Assembly: GCF_024521635.1 (NCBI RefSeq)
Contig: NW_026250406.1
Span: 1,240,001 to 1,304,000, forward strand
Length of the DNA stretch: 64,000 nucleotides
From: Tricharina praecox
Lineage: Eukaryota
Reading direction: 5' to 3'
Part shown: positions 23,514-37,712 of the stretch, in pieces
Numbering within the stretch: position 1 is the stretch's first letter
Layout of the letters: every line of letters begins with the position of its first letter
The notes under the pieces: model-generated
The model's database searches: none
Seen by the model: only the letters and a program-made list of their open reading frames with translations
What the model was told of the DNA's origin: nothing
Position numbers and translations under genes: made by a program

Positions 23514-26500
23514 CGTTCATTATCGAAAGCAACGCAGCCGGTACGACCAACGACATGCCTATAAAGCCCAGTTTCCCTACAGTCTCGAACGAGTTAGCCC
23601 CCGCGTTTCCCTACGAAGGTTTCGAGTGTTGGGGGCTCTCGATGTTGGTTGGAGGCCTACCTGCTTCACCACTGCGCTGTACCAATCATTGCAATGATGC
23701 TGATGCGACCCCGCAGTCATGACTCTGAGTTGATTGGCGACGCGTGGGCTCGTTTCTGCATGTCGGAAGATCTACTTCTACAACCAGTTACTCTGTGTTA
23801 CCTCCAGAGAAAAGGATAAGTGCACTTGCGAGGCTGACGCTGCCGTCGAATGTCGACCTTCCGCATCGGTAAGTCGCTGCTCATCCGCCATCACTCGCGC
23901 TGTGGATTTCTAATCGACAGTGAGGGCTAGTGACACGAGGATACATGGCTAGGCATGTATAGAATATATAGTGGTGAGACGCAGGAGTACGATAGAGTAC
24001 ATGCGCGCCAGGTCTCAGTTCCGGTCTGATTGTGGCGCATTTAGCGTGGGGAAATGTCAATATACGATGATACGAGCACCTGACAATGCGCACGTTCTCG
24101 TGCGTAATCGTGAATAGTGAACCTCAAACTCCCAATTATGATCTCAAACCTGGAGGGTGATCTGAAAGTCGGTGAAAAGGTGATCAAATATGGGCTCGCA
24201 ATTGTGGCTGGGGCGGACGAGGTACTCTATTTGTTGATCCGCAGTTGCCAGTATTGCTTTGATCAATCACAGAAGTTCTAGCCGAATGGTGAGTATGCTC
24301 GAATGTGATGTGAACTCGGCGTACATTGCCTTTTGTCATACCTAGATCTAGACTGCCTAATGTTGAATGGTCCATGTCAAACTTTAGTCGCCCGGAGATC
24401 TCGGCACCAGTTAAGGTTTGGCGGTGGAAGAGTCTCGGCGGCCACGATGGACCATCGACGAGTATATGGTTACGCGGCGGCGACGTCTGATGAGCGGCCA
24501 ACTTTGTTCGGCAGCCAACCTTAGGTGGCCTCTCAGTCTTAAATAGAGGTCTTCGCCGTGGACGATAGGTTCTTCTTCCTGTATCGAATGGAAGGTCATC
24601 ATCTGTCTACTTATATATTTTCAACAGTTCAGAATTAGGATAAACTTGGAAGGAGGGGGAGATGTTGATCGCAAGCCATGTACAATGTGTCACTCGTTGG
24701 ACGCATGGAATGTCACTCACCAAATGCATCCCGAGCTTGGAAAATCTCAAGTCCCGTCTCAAGTAGACTCGTGCGGAGCTGAAGCTAGCCAGAAAACCGT
24801 TGCTCTGCCTCCTCTGGCAGTAGCACTACTATCTTGCCGAAGATTGTACGGCCAAAGACGCCCTTCCCTGATATCCGATGCCACTGACATGGAGGATAGT
24901 TTGAGAAGAAAGAGACGAACAAGTTGGCTGAATGACTTCTCATGAGATATATTACCGTGGTGTATCCCGAAAAGATAGCGTGCGAGCTACAATCACCCCA
25001 CAATCATTTGAATTCGTAATATTCCAAGCAACCACGTGATATTGTGGAATCAGCCCATCACTTCCAGGTCCCGAACATTCACGAATTGGACACATCTACA
25101 GACCTCACCCTATAATTATTATTATCTCGCGCCTCCGGTATAGCGGTACGAAGACATCAACACACTTCTTACCCTCATTCAGCCATGGACACACCCCATG
25201 TCGCCCGACTACAACCCCCATTCCGGTCATATCGTAGTCACTCGGGATCCGACTCCATCTCAACAACTCAATTTATAATTCTGCAGGTATGATGGCCCCT
25301 CGTAGATTCTCATACCTTTTGTTAGCCGAGGGCAAGTTGCAGCTAACATTCCCGGCGGCAATAGTCCGGATATCGACAGGTGCAGCGACATATTTCGCAC
25401 CGTCTGTTCCAAATGTTCGCATTCGGAGGATCTGGTGGCATTCACCATCAAAATGGTCTCTTGCGGGGGGAGAGAATCCAGGAGTTGGTAGAAAATTGGT
25501 TTCGGATGCTCGTAACAAAAAGGATTTGGTGTGGATGGCCGCGAAATTGTCGAGTGATTCTGCGGTGTTGCGAATATGAATGGTCATTAACCTCATCTGT
25601 CTCGGCATCACCTAGCCATAGTTTTGCGTGACGAACGCGCTTTGTGGTGGAGGAAAGGCGCAACTATTGCTGCGGCCATTCGCAGCATAAGGCTGAACCA
25701 TGATGTAGAAGTGAATCGTATCACCAAAATAGGTATGCGATTCATTCCCGATTCCTCATAAAACTAATCATTTGGCGGGACGAGAATCAAGATGGAGCGA
25801 AATTCTTGTGAAGATGGTACGCCGTGGAACACCGCAAGGAAGCTGCGACAGTCAAGAGGCAGATGAAGAAGATCTGGAGTAAAGTTGATACGGTCTTGAT
25901 CCCGAACTAACAGAAGGAGGATGCCACCATACACAAAACGTTGCAGGACGAAGCGATTCCAAATATCCGAGCATCTAAATCGATTTCCAACCTTCACCTG
26001 CACTTAGTGGAGGTCTTCGTACTCTCTCAGTGCAGATGGTGTGCAGGTAGGGTTGGGGGATGGACGACGGCTGAAATTGCCGTTGATCGTGAGTCACCAT
26101 GTATCACTCGCTTTCGACATTCTTTTTTCTGAGGTTTTGAGAGTTGCTTAGTAAATACTTAGTAAAAAGGACGCAAATGATGATGAAACAAAGAGAAAAA
26201 AACTTAGGAATGTGCTGTGACACTGAGACCGTTGCTGGAGCAACTCCGCAGCGGGTGAGATCAAGCGGACAGGAAAGACTTTTAGCCACAGGATCAGTAA
26301 TCGGCGAGGGTTGTCTCAGAGACCACGTCCGGCTGAAGCCGATCGCAGAGTAGCATCCTATCACCTCGACTCTAAGCATCTAGATGTTCCACTTTGACGT
26401 CTCAGTGGTAGCAACGCTAGCATGCATGTCATTGCGACTGCATTGACGGAAAGCGCTGCCGATCTCCAGTCGTATTTGAGGGTCAAAGAATACCCCACCG

Positions 26501-29500
26501 CTTTATGAACCATCTTCTGTTAGTAATGGTACCCGCTACTAGAAAGTATACATTCCAGCTTCCAGAATCGATCTTACATCGCTTCTCCTGTGCATTGCAT
26601 ACTCCAACATTCCGCAGCTCGTCCACCCATCCCCGCCCTTCCAAGTTCCTACCAGTCACCACTCGCTAACCGACCTCCGATTCCGAATAACTTCAATAGC
26701 GCGCATGACACCCAACGGAGACGAAAGACAGAAGTTACGGATTACAGCAATGGCCGACTACAAGCGCTTTCACTCGGTGATTCACTGACTCCAATCCGAG
26801 GATAACCCCGAGAACGAGATTCGCCGCAATCACGCCCTTCCGCGCGCGAGCCATCCAAGGCTCCAAGCACATCGGCCGAATCACCGACGCCAGTAGTTGC
26901 AAGATCAAATACGTTCCGCAGCTGCTCGGGAGCGTCATCGCCCACAAAGAAGGAGCGGAGGGCTCCTCACCCATTCCGAGACCGGTCGACGACTCGTCAC
27001 TCGTCTACCAGGCCGCGAGCATGAGTTCCTACGCTGTAAACTTCTGCTTTCAGATGGCTTAGAGAGACTTCTAGAAGATGCCTTCCCAGGATAATTTCAT
27101 TCGTGTACAGAGGTTTAAAGCCATAAAGATCCCCAGCTGCGGAGTGCGAGATTCGAGTGACCAGGCATACACGCGGGACGACCAACAACACAGCAACAAG
27201 TAGTGCTGCTGCAACTCGTAATACTTGTTGCCCCGCATTGCGCAGTTCTTTCACTCGTAAAGAACTCAGACAGTGCCACCGTGATCCTCTAGCCCTTGAT
27301 TCGGAGCGCTCACGGTAATATGCCGTGCAAATTGATTGTGACTGGTAGCACACCACTTCTGGATGATATTGTGGCCTGTAAGCGCAGCAATGTATTCTTC
27401 TATGAACCGAGACGAGCCAGGTGGCTGCTGCCCAATAGACTCCACGGGAGGAACGCAAGAACGATATTGAGATCGTACGGCGAGTGATGTCTTGTGAGCG
27501 TTCTACCACACCGCCCATTCCCGCTCACCACTGCCGTATGCTTGCTGAGTTCCATGCGCAGTTGAAAGAGTAGCGCTCGTACGTGAATCACAACCACGCG
27601 ACGTCTCGAGATGAGCATGAAAACCCAGTTTTTGTCAAGCGGTTGTTTACGAGTTTCCGGGTGATCACGGCAGTGGAGACTCGATCGTAAAGAAACAAAA
27701 CAAGCAAGAAAAACAGAACCATTTCATTGGTTTTTCCCGCCACATGATTCGATCCTCTGCAGTCTAACCCACTCGAGCCCAATCACCGTACAGCACTGAT
27801 CAAGAAAGATATCCCGGCTTTCCATGGGAAATCCATGTCCACCTCAAAATATCAGTACGAGGTAGCTTCTTGGAGAATACTGGATTGCCCCGTGAACCAG
27901 CAACTAGCTCTCTCGTATCACTTGGATACTCTTTAAATAACAGGTTTGCAGTGTACCATCGGACACGTAATGAAGATGACAGTATGTAGGTAGTGATACT
28001 TATCACCCCATCCACGTAGCACCGTGGGTGGCAAGAACTAAAGCCCGCAAGCTACCACGGAGGAAGCAGATCATGAGTTGAAGTGAGCAGCGACCAAACA
28101 CCATGCGACCCACTGTTGAATGCCACCCCAAACCTGTAGGAACGGGAGTGTAGTTTAGTCCCCTAGTCGTGAGGACCGGTGGTAGGTGCTTGTAATCTCC
28201 GGTGCGGTAACGGGTTCGAGGTTAGTTTCTTGTTTCTTTCTCATGTGCCTGTAGCTCCTTCACCCGAACATACTGCTTCATGAGTTTTTTTCAAACTCCA
28301 TCGCTTCAGTTAATTACCTCCACGAGTCCCTCCAGCAAAACAAAACAGTAAAATGAAGATACCACTGAGTATTCCGAAAACAACACGTACACAATAATAA
28401 AAAAATGAATCAAAGCCCCTGCGTTACAGCCTGCACGATGAACTTGATGCTCCTCCCCGTCGATATCCTGGTAGCTGCGAACTCGGACCACAGGTGGCGA
28501 GCACCATCGACAAGCCGGATCCCCGGATCCCTGAAATTCAAGCTTCATGCGCTCGATCAGTCGCTTCTCCCAGGCAAACGTGCAGGCGTAACACACGGAG
28601 AGCTGCGGACGGGGGGTGCGAATCGACCGGACATGAATACTGCAGAGTCCTCATGAAGCACCAAGGTACTTACGCTGGGAATGGCCGAAAGTAGCGTTTT
28701 GTGCGTCGTCCAATCGGCAAAGATTCGACCAGGCGCGGTGCAAACTCGTTTCCGGCAGATCTGGTTCAGCTCATGGGTGCCTCAGGCCAGGGCCGCCGCT
28801 GGTGAGGCTGCCCGACGCGATTCACGGTTATCTGATCCGGATCCACCAATCGTTTTGGGTTGTCCGAGCATGATCGAGACGGACGTCGGAGGCCAGTCGG
28901 AATCGCCGGAAGACCCCCAAAGGTGAAGGGCCCATCGTTTCCGAGGACGAGCGGACCAGTTCGGCAGGAAAGACCCGTGCGTCTGCCATGCTGCCGATAT
29001 CAAAACCCTCACGAAACCGCGGGGATGCTTTTTAAGATGCGATGTAGCCGACGGTAAATGTCGGTCGTGAAAAGATAGCGGCTTGGTAAGAGCGGAGGAG
29101 GGCGGTGGGCGGTGGGCGGTTCGTCTGAGGGGCGCTGGAGATAGGCTACACTCGCAAAACAAGTTACTTCTCTAAGGGTTAAGATAGCCGTACGTAGTGT
29201 GAAGTATTATTCTTGGCCGGCGGGTAACACGTCGATATTGCCCGTCCCACGGAAGGTCACTAAGACCGCTACGCTTCGTCCCACCGCTCCAAGAGGCTCA
29301 ATCCTAGTGATGGGAGTACGTGACTATGCATGATGAAGCAAGGCTGGCTGGGCATCATGGAAAGTATTGGCCAGCTGTCGGGAAGTTTCTCCCTCTGCAG
29401 AAGATGGGGATGGGAACTTGAGATCCCCGCCGTGCGCAGACATAGAAGTAGCTGAAACCTAACTTCCTTCAGACAAGCGGTGAAGCCGAAGCAAGCTAGC

Positions 29501-32309
29501 GGTATCCCGGAGCGGAATCCGGCGAAGCTATCGCCGCCACCGAGTACCACCGAATCTTTCCCGGTTTCTGATTAATTATATCCAGATCGAAGGTATAGTT
29601 GATGCTGGGGAAATCAGGACGGCACGGCGATGTTCATAGCAGTGACGAGCAAATGGTGAGATCGAAGAATAGATCACGATAATAGCAGTTCAGTTGTTGT
29701 TCAGCTAGCATTTCGCTTTCGTATAGTAAGCGAGTGCTGTATGACTCACGGTATTGCACTCGGCATTAATAGCGCCGACTGAAATTAACCGAAATTGGTT
29801 GGGCTTCGCTTGTTTTTCTCTTTTTCGATCATATTGCATTGTGAAAACGTATATTATTTGCATATGACTTGTAACACCTGAGGTTGACTTCAACAATATT
29901 TATGGGAGGCAGGTTCTACACGTACGTCATTCGGATATTCGGTTCATTGATGGTGGATCAAGATTCCAGAGCCCGACCGAGAGACTGGAGGAACAGTGCG
30001 CGCTTGTAGGGAGCACTTCATATCTTCGACAATGCTGGAGACAACGCACTCAACTGTTCGGCGACTGCCCTACCCTCTCACCCTACCATGTTCGCTCGGC
30101 AGTCACTTGTGTATAGTTCCCAGCAACTTGAGCTACCAGTCCAGTTGAGAACTGAATTCTGGTGCAGAAAACCTTCACTAATAGCGAGGATTATCAAAGC
30201 ACCAGAACTCGGCGAAATGGCAGCTCTTGCCACTCGCCTGAGTGCATGCGGTCACAGAAGGTAACTCGCAACACGATTCAGGGCCCAGGCTCACTACATC
30301 CCACAAATCAATCCTGAATGGGCTGGGACAGGCCAGAGCGGAGGGCATGGGTAGCTACATCGGGCCGCTAGATGAGAGTCGGGTTGGGCATCGGCGTGGA
30401 AACGGAGAGTTTGTGTATGTATATATTGCCATGATCTAGATAGTCGGTTGCATGCAATCAATGATTAAACAGAATACCCAATCGTGAATGGCCACCACAG
30501 TATATTACTACTCACAGAACACATTTCATTGCTCTCTTCTTGCCTTCCGGTCCTTCCCCGGGTGATCGACATGGTTGACAGCGGGGAAACTTCAAATTAG
30601 TCCCCCAAGCTGCGCATGTGGAAAGCTGGCCGCCAAAAAGATTTCTTCTCTCAAATAATCCGATTCACCGTGGTCATAAGAACGTGTCAGGTAGATTGGC
30701 AGTGTTGTTGACCAACATAAAGCCTTACAGTATATTTACAAGCCTACACGCCAAGATCTAGGCGACGGGGCATCCTGTCGGATGCCTGCCGGATACAACC
30801 GAGCAGAACTAGCGTTTACTGCCAAACATCCTGTAGTTCGGGCTCCGAAGGGTTAGTTAGACCAAGGCGGAGACACATGTAGTTGCCGGAGACGCGCGTT
30901 TGGAAACTCCGACGTTTTCCCCTTTCCATCAGTCTGACAGCGCTAGATGGTTATCAATCGGCTTCCGGAAGCCGAGAGGCGCTTGGATGATTGCGGACGG
31001 AATCGGGAGACTGACGGCAGTCACGTGCTCGGCAGTCATATCCTTTCTAGACATCACTTTTGCTTCTGTCTACGTCCATGGATTCTCGACAAGACTTGCC
31101 TGTATGTTTACTATAGGCGATAACTGCGGAGGTTACTTTAGCAGAAGAGCCGCTAGTTGCTATAATATGCCAGAATATAAGATCTGCATCCCCCGCAAGC
31201 GGCCGAGACTCCCTGCAACGTTCCTGAAAAACAGAAAAAACGAAAACCCCATCTTCTAGATGCATCCATCCACGAAATCATGAATACAAACGCTTTCCTG
31301 TGCCGCTTTTCTGTTGCCGAGTCCCTGCAGACTGTTTTCACCGTTGCAGGAATCGAAAGAAAGGAGAATCCAAGGGATCAGCTATGTAATGATATGTACA
31401 CACATATCCGTGCAGAAGGGGGCAATAATGCCAAAGGGCTACTTCCGGTGACGAATTCAACTTTTACCTGCCGCCCATAGGGGCCTACAGCGGTCCAAAT
31501 ACCCCGCTTTTTGCTCCGGCAAGAATGTAGCAGTGACTCCAAATATTGTTCCCAGATGACCACAAGAACAGGGGCTCATCCGTCCGTGCAGTGGAGTCAC
31601 ACACGGCCTATCCCTCCAATCGACCAGCGGCCCGCACCCCACGTACCCATGAAACCGGCACCCCCGGCAGGGGAATATCATCAACCTATACTTGCACTAC
31701 AATGGTCCCGCCGTGCATCCGGCGAGAACCGGAGGTCACGGTACGTCCATTTTCCAGGCAACGGGGTACAAAGTCCTCGGGGGTTTATCCAACTCGGTCG
31801 TAACTTACTCCACCGTGTGCGCGCCTCCAGACCAATGCGGCTGCAGCTGTGCATGCTGATGTATCTGCCGAATCCGGACCAGAGGGAACACCGCTGTTGG
31901 GTGTTGTGGGTCCTCTATTAACAGAACGTCGCGGCGGATTTACTCAAAGGACAATCGAATCTCGATCGGTCACCCGACTCCCGAACTAGCCAGACAAGGG
32001 CTACCGAGTTCGTTGCCACAAATCACAAAGCTGTCAGTATCTGTACATGGATTATGTCATGCAATCCCAATAGTGGTTCGATTTTTCGCATAAATCAGCA
32101 GATTTCGGACTTTGCCCTCCACATTCTTCCCATTTTTTTCTCGCTGGCCAGCTTACGGGATTCATCACCACAAAAAAAAGGCCTGGCTATTCTCCGGATA
32201 AAATGGATGAATACCGATTTGTTCCAATAGTGCGAAGGCGTTTGCTCGGTGCGGACATTCATGCGCCATCACTCGCGCAACGCTTATGAAAGAAATTGTC
32301 ATTGGCACT

Positions 32310-32632
32310 CTATGGTAGCTGGGTTCGCCATAGTCTATATAGGCTGCATGCGAAATAAGAAGGAAGATCTCTCTCTCTATGGTAGTTGGGGTAAGTTGGT
32401 GGTCGCCATAGTCTAGTAAAGGCCCCATGTAACAATAAATTGATGTTCTCCCTCTCCATGGTAGCTGAAGCGGCACCCGCAACGGGATGTTTAGTAGCGG
32501 AGTCCCCACTCACAAATTCTGCAAGGCGGGCAGGCGGGTAGGCGGGTAAGGATAGATTATCTGACTTTGGTTGGCCATAGTCTAGACTCTAGCAAGGCTG
32601 TAGGTGACATAAGTTGATGATTTTTCTTTTCC
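32310..32632 (+). repeat. Cluster of three diverged copies of the ~60-70 bp family-A end module (two head-to-tail)
   Basis: Units at ~32310-32377, ~32378-32457 and ~32568-32632 each contain gccatagtcta...aggc...(c/t)tctc; the first two units begin with atggtag(c/t)tg. Confidence 0.75.
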
Positions 32633-33756
32633 TCTGCGCTGCAAAGCCCCTGCATTATGATGAACACGGAAAAATACACGGTGAAGCTCCGGAAGATGGG
32701 ATCTGAAGGTAATCTACTGTCATAACCAGATATGATCGAGCACAGATGAACCATGGAAAACACTGTACTATAGTTACGGCCGGGTGAAGGATGTAGGTAC
32801 TAAGGATGTAGGTACTCAAGCAGAATAAAACGTAACCGCAACAGAGGCTTAACACCGTGAAGCAAGCAGTTGTGTTCTAAGCTCGCTGTCGCGTTCGCGT
32901 TCGCTTGCCTCGGTACTTCACTCGTTGCTCGGTACTTCGCCGGACCGCATACGGGTTAGTGCTGTACCAAGCTTTCGGCCTTGGTGGCAGAGACGGAGCT
33001 CACCGGACGGGTAAGCCTCTTCTTAACCCAATCAGCCTCGTGCATCCGCCAGTCCGGCAGAGCCTCCAACCCATTCCGACGCGTGCTTACCCAAACCCTG
33101 AATGATGTGGTAAGTGCCGTTGATTATGTTATAATTCAAATGCCACGTGACGTCCATATGCATACTAGCAATAATGGCACGCGCGTTCCTTATGTCGGCG
33201 GAGACACGAAAGCACAACTGATAAGACGGGACAATATATTGTTTGAAGATCTATCGCCGTGGCTGACGCTCGGCCCGTAACTTCGCCTCTTGTCCCTGGT
33301 TGCATCTTCACGTACCACAAGATATATTACTCGGCGTGGCCTTGAAGGCCGATTCCCACCATTCTTCTCTTCCTGCCATCGGATTTTTTTTGATCATCCA
33401 TATCCTCCAGAGACCCGATCGATGGTTGTCGGTAGAGTACAGACGTAGAATAGCCAGGCCATCAGGAAAGATGGACTGTTCGGAAAAGGCGGTGGTGGAA
33501 ACACAGCGGGAATTCACAGCAAAAGAAGTTTGAGCAAAGATTTTATCTGTCGAGTACCAGTACATCCGCCAACGGCCAGCCAATTACTCCCCAATACAAA
33601 TCGAATGAGTGTCAACATAAAAACCATTCTCTCCAAGTGATCTCTTCCCAAATAGCCTTCCAAAATCCATCCCAATCCAATCCACCAGCCTAGCCCTCCA
33701 TGTTCCTCCCTCGAAATTGTTCCCAAATCCTCCCGGTCCCGTGCTGCTGACGGGCT

Positions 33757-34076
33757 CTAAAGGGAGATGCAACCACCGATGTTGATGAGGCCGACCTGGT
33801 TGACTTCACAGCACTGGTTGCTACCACCGAGGATGGTGACGTCGCAGACTGGTGGGTGGAAATGTGTTAATACTGTTGCTTTCACTGGAGAAAGAGGAGA
33901 GAATACTCACTGCCGATAAGACAAGTGATGGCACTGAGCAGGCCAACACAGCAGACCTCCTTGCCCTCCGTCGATTCGTTGATGTTGCAGGTCTTACCGC
34001 TGCCACCGGCAGGAATGGCGACGGCCGAGACGGCGGCGGCAGCCATAAGGGTGGTGAAGATGGTGGAGAACTGCAT
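33757..34076 (-). CDS. Hydrophobin-like small secreted 8-Cys protein, 85 aa (copy 1)
   Basis: Exons 34076-33911 and 33848-33757: MQFSTIFTTLMAAAAVSAVAIPAGGSGKTCNINESTEGKEVCCVGLLSAITCLIGICDVTILGGSNQCCEVNQVGLINIGGCISL*. Signal peptide; C-CC-C-C-CC-C pattern. Confidence 0.88.
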
Positions 34077-34228
34077 TTTTATTGGAGTGATTGGGGGTGG
34101 TGGTGGTTTGGAAAGAGGGAAGTTTGGAGGTGAGGTTTGGAAGTGAGTGAAGTGAAGGCTGATGAGGCTGCTGTGAGGAGGACTGATGAGGATGAGGATG
34201 GGAATGGAAGATGCGGTTGCGGATGTAG

Positions 34229-34238
34229 GTTTATATAC
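34229..34238 (-). promoter_or_regulatory. TATA box (GTATATAAAC) of hydrophobin-like copy 1
   Basis: ~155 nt upstream of the ATG; the identical context gtatataaacctacatccgcaaccg is conserved at copy 2. Confidence 0.65.
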
Positions 34239-37232
34239 ACCATGTATTCCTCTTGATTTTACAATTGTTAGGAATGGTTTCGAGGAGCTAATGAGCTAGG
34301 CTCAACGGAGGACAGCTTCCGAATCATTCCTGTGACGGGAGATAGGAGCGAGATAGCGCAGCTATTCTGAGTTTCTTGGATAGGCTGGCCCGAGGCGTCT
34401 ATGCGTGTTTGCAGCCCCTTCCGCTTCTCTCCTACCGCGGTCAATACTGCATAACTAGGCGCTAAGGGGAAGCTGGAGACCTATCTGACCGGCAGTGCAA
34501 ACAGGATACTTCGTGGGTTCTCCCCTCCCCATCTCCTGCGAAGAAAAGGAGAAGGGTGTCACAGCGATCCCTATCGGCGGTGGCGACAGAGTGCGGCGAC
34601 GATCTTCAAGTTTTCAGCTCGAAAGTCTCCATCCATTCTGCACACGGGCAATCTACGGTGGGAGTCGCAAAATGAGAGGTGGCGATTCACTGTAAAGCAC
34701 AATTTGCTAGCCAACAGAGAAAATGAACAGCACACCAGATCTACGAATCATGGAGCCCTTCGTCCGGCACTTCATCTACGTAGAGTCAGCTATGGTGCCG
34801 GCTACGAACACTCGAAGTCTCACTGAAGATTATCTTCCTGCAGCGCTGTACCTGGAGATATGGTTGGTTAGAACTTTGCCAACTTGATGTCAATTATTAC
34901 TGCTTTTGGTTTTTCGTCGATGACGGATTTGTTTGCAGCGAAGTGGTGGTTGGTAGGATGGCGATGGTGAATGCCAATGTCCATGGCAGACGGCCCGGTT
35001 CGTGTATGAGAAGCCTCGGCCTCGCACATCTCAATCCCGGAGAACCTTGCAAGCCACGAACTAAAGTGCATAAAACAAGAAGAGCCTCCTGAAAGTCCGT
35101 TCAATTTGCGGCCTTCGTTATTCTGGCCCGAGCTGGAAGGCACCAGATGTCGGCATTGCAATTACCGACATGCCAGTATTAAGAATACCTGGGAATATCT
35201 ACGCCGTCATGATATCAGCTACCTAGCCGCGTTCATCAGCGTTTCTGTAGAACGCTCTGAAACACCAGTAAGGTTCTCGGGTTCAGTTTCGTAGACATGT
35301 ATTCTCATCACCGTACAACCTCGGTATTCACACCGGACCAACCAACTCTCTGACTCCACGCACCACCGTCTCCAGCCGATGCGCTCCGCTCTGTTCAATA
35401 TTCGTCCTGTTAGCGGCTCGGCGGCACGATTTGCCCGCTGTATGTAACTGGTTCTTCGACCGGGGATCAGGTAACACCATGTGTGCTCTTGGAGATGTGG
35501 CACAGCAGTGATCGACCAGCCACTACCCCCAGACGTAACTATTTTATAACAGCTTCATGCTTGTTCCATCTGCCGACACACTTTGCTGCATCGATATACA
35601 AGGATGCCTGCCACTCAATCAACCCCTAGGGGTTCCTGCACCGAATCACCAAGGATCATACAGTAACAGCCGGTTTGGGCACCGATTTTCGGCGGGCCGT
35701 GTACAACTGCCGTTCAGATCGCTGATCAGCAACACGGAAGCTACGTGGAGTAGTTATGCGGAGCATTCCTCTTCCTTGCATACCCCGGTGGGCGATCAAA
35801 GCTTGCTTTGGTCCGAAATCGCAAAAATACGCGGACGGAAACGGACACGGAAAGGGCCACGGGTGGGGATAGCCCTACATCCCCCACCCCTGCTCCCCCT
35901 AATGAAGGTGCGCCTGCGTACCTGGTTCCGTGTTGTCTTGTCTCTCCTTAGAGCCCGGAATTGAGCACTAAATGGTCCGTTGGGAGCGCTGGACTGAGGC
36001 CAGCTAGACATCATGCGTGGCGGTGAACCCCTGAGTACGTACATACACGTACATCACCGGACTGACGGAGCAACGGCCAACGTCGCCATCCGCTTCCGAT
36101 CTCGTCTCTGTGGTCCGAGTCCGAATCAGGTTTGAGACATTCGGTTCCGTTCTGGGGAAAAAATCTAATTCGGCGAATGATGACGGGTGCCTGGACGCAT
36201 AAGAACATGTATGTTGGTATTATGTAGGATATAGAGTGTGCGCATTCGTGAGAGGCGCTAATGAACGCAATCTTCTGTTCAGCCTGAACTTCGTGGGGGG
36301 TTCCCTCGTTCCCAGATTGGCACGTCATCCTGCGTGACCTATTATATTGAGTGTGGACAAGTAGTTGTTGGTGATAAACCATGAATGAACCGCGGATTCA
36401 TAGCCCGTGGTGATCGAAGGCTTGCTTGTTAAGTAATATATTTAGCTGAAGTTAGACGTCAAATATACATCTGTACTACGGTTCCAGTTCCTACAGGAGT
36501 AAAGCAGCGTAGGTAATAATAAGTTGATAACCAAGAAACCGAAACGGGGTGCATGTATCATGGAAAACTGCTAGGATGAACCTGTGGTACCTACTGAAGA
36601 CAGGTGGACTTCGGAGATCAAGACTGGAAGAGTCTCGCCCCTCGTCTCCGTTTGTTGGGCTGGTCTCCACACCCAGCATCCGTAATCTACCAATATAGAC
36701 GTCGCATAAGATGTACGGCCGGCCATGCTTCCAAGTTCATCAACTATAACAGCCGACCCTAATGCAACGTCCTACTCCTGGCTGTCCAAGGAAAACAAAC
36801 AAAACTATCACTGCATATGTAACCAGGGGTGCACGTAAAATTGTGACTGCAGGAATAGAACGTACCTGCCGCAACAGAGACGTATTTTGAAGATCACTCG
36901 CGGATTACTCCCTCTCCCCCGTAGTTCCTTCACGGCACATTCCATCGTTGGCGATTCTGCAACCGGTTCCCCATCACTCAAGACCCGATTCTTCATGGAG
37001 ATGAAGAAAAACTTGGAACTCGGTGATTCCGTGTGGTCAAAGATGGACTAGTGACGATGATAGTGGCGATATCGACAATAGGGACGGACGCTATCTCCCG
37101 CCACGGGAAGAGTACGGAAGCCGTTCTCGTCGAGCCAGACCATCAGCCAGACCAATCAGCCAAACCCATCAGCACCTTGAGAACGTCCCTAACAACCTGC
37201 CAACAAGTTTGACTTCAAGAGGAGCTGAAGGC

Positions 37233-37242
37233 GTATATAAAC
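37233..37242 (+). promoter_or_regulatory. TATA box (GTATATAAAC) of hydrophobin-like copy 2
   Basis: ~150 nt upstream of ATG 37384; conserved between the two copies. Confidence 0.65.
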
Positions 37243-37383
37243 CTACATCCGCAACCGTAGCTTCCATTCCCATCCTCATCCTCATCAATCCTCATCCTCA
37301 CAACAGCCTCATCAGCCTTCACTCCAATCACTTCCAATCTTCCTCTTTCCAAACCACCCCCACCCTCAATCACTCCCATCAAA

Positions 37384-37712
37384 ATGCAGTTCTCCACCAT
37401 CTTCACCACCCTCATGGCCGCCGCCGCCGTCTCGGCCGTCGCCATTCCCACCGGCTCGTCCGGCGATTCTTGCACCATCAACGACAGCACCACCGGCAAG
37501 AAGGTCTGCTGCAGCAGCCTGCTCGGCGGCATCACCTGCCTCATCGGCAGTGAGTATCCCCTCCTCCTCCTCCGGCTCTTTCTCCGGAGAACTTGAGCAA
37601 CAGTACTAACACTTCTCCAGTCTGCGACCTCACCGTCCTCGGCGGCAGCAACCAGTGCTGCGAGGTCAACCAGCTCGGCCTCATCAACATCGGTGGCTGC
37701 ATCGCCGCCTAA
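37384..37712 (+). CDS. Hydrophobin-like small secreted 8-Cys protein, 85 aa (copy 2)
   Basis: Exons 37384-37549 and 37621-37712: MQFSTIFTTLMAAAAVSAVAIPTGSSGDSCTINDSTTGKKVCCSSLLGGITCLIGICDLTVLGGSNQCCEVNQLGLINIGGCIAA*. Same intron position and phase as copy 1. Confidence 0.9.

Noticed and set aside
28141..28230. tRNA/SINE-like GGTTCGA and A-box-like sequence
   Set aside because: No cloverleaf pairing could be built and no second copy was seen.
32310..32632. CRISPR-like repeat/spacer look
   Set aside because: Eukaryotic context, diverged ~70-bp units, no regular unique spacers and no cas genes.
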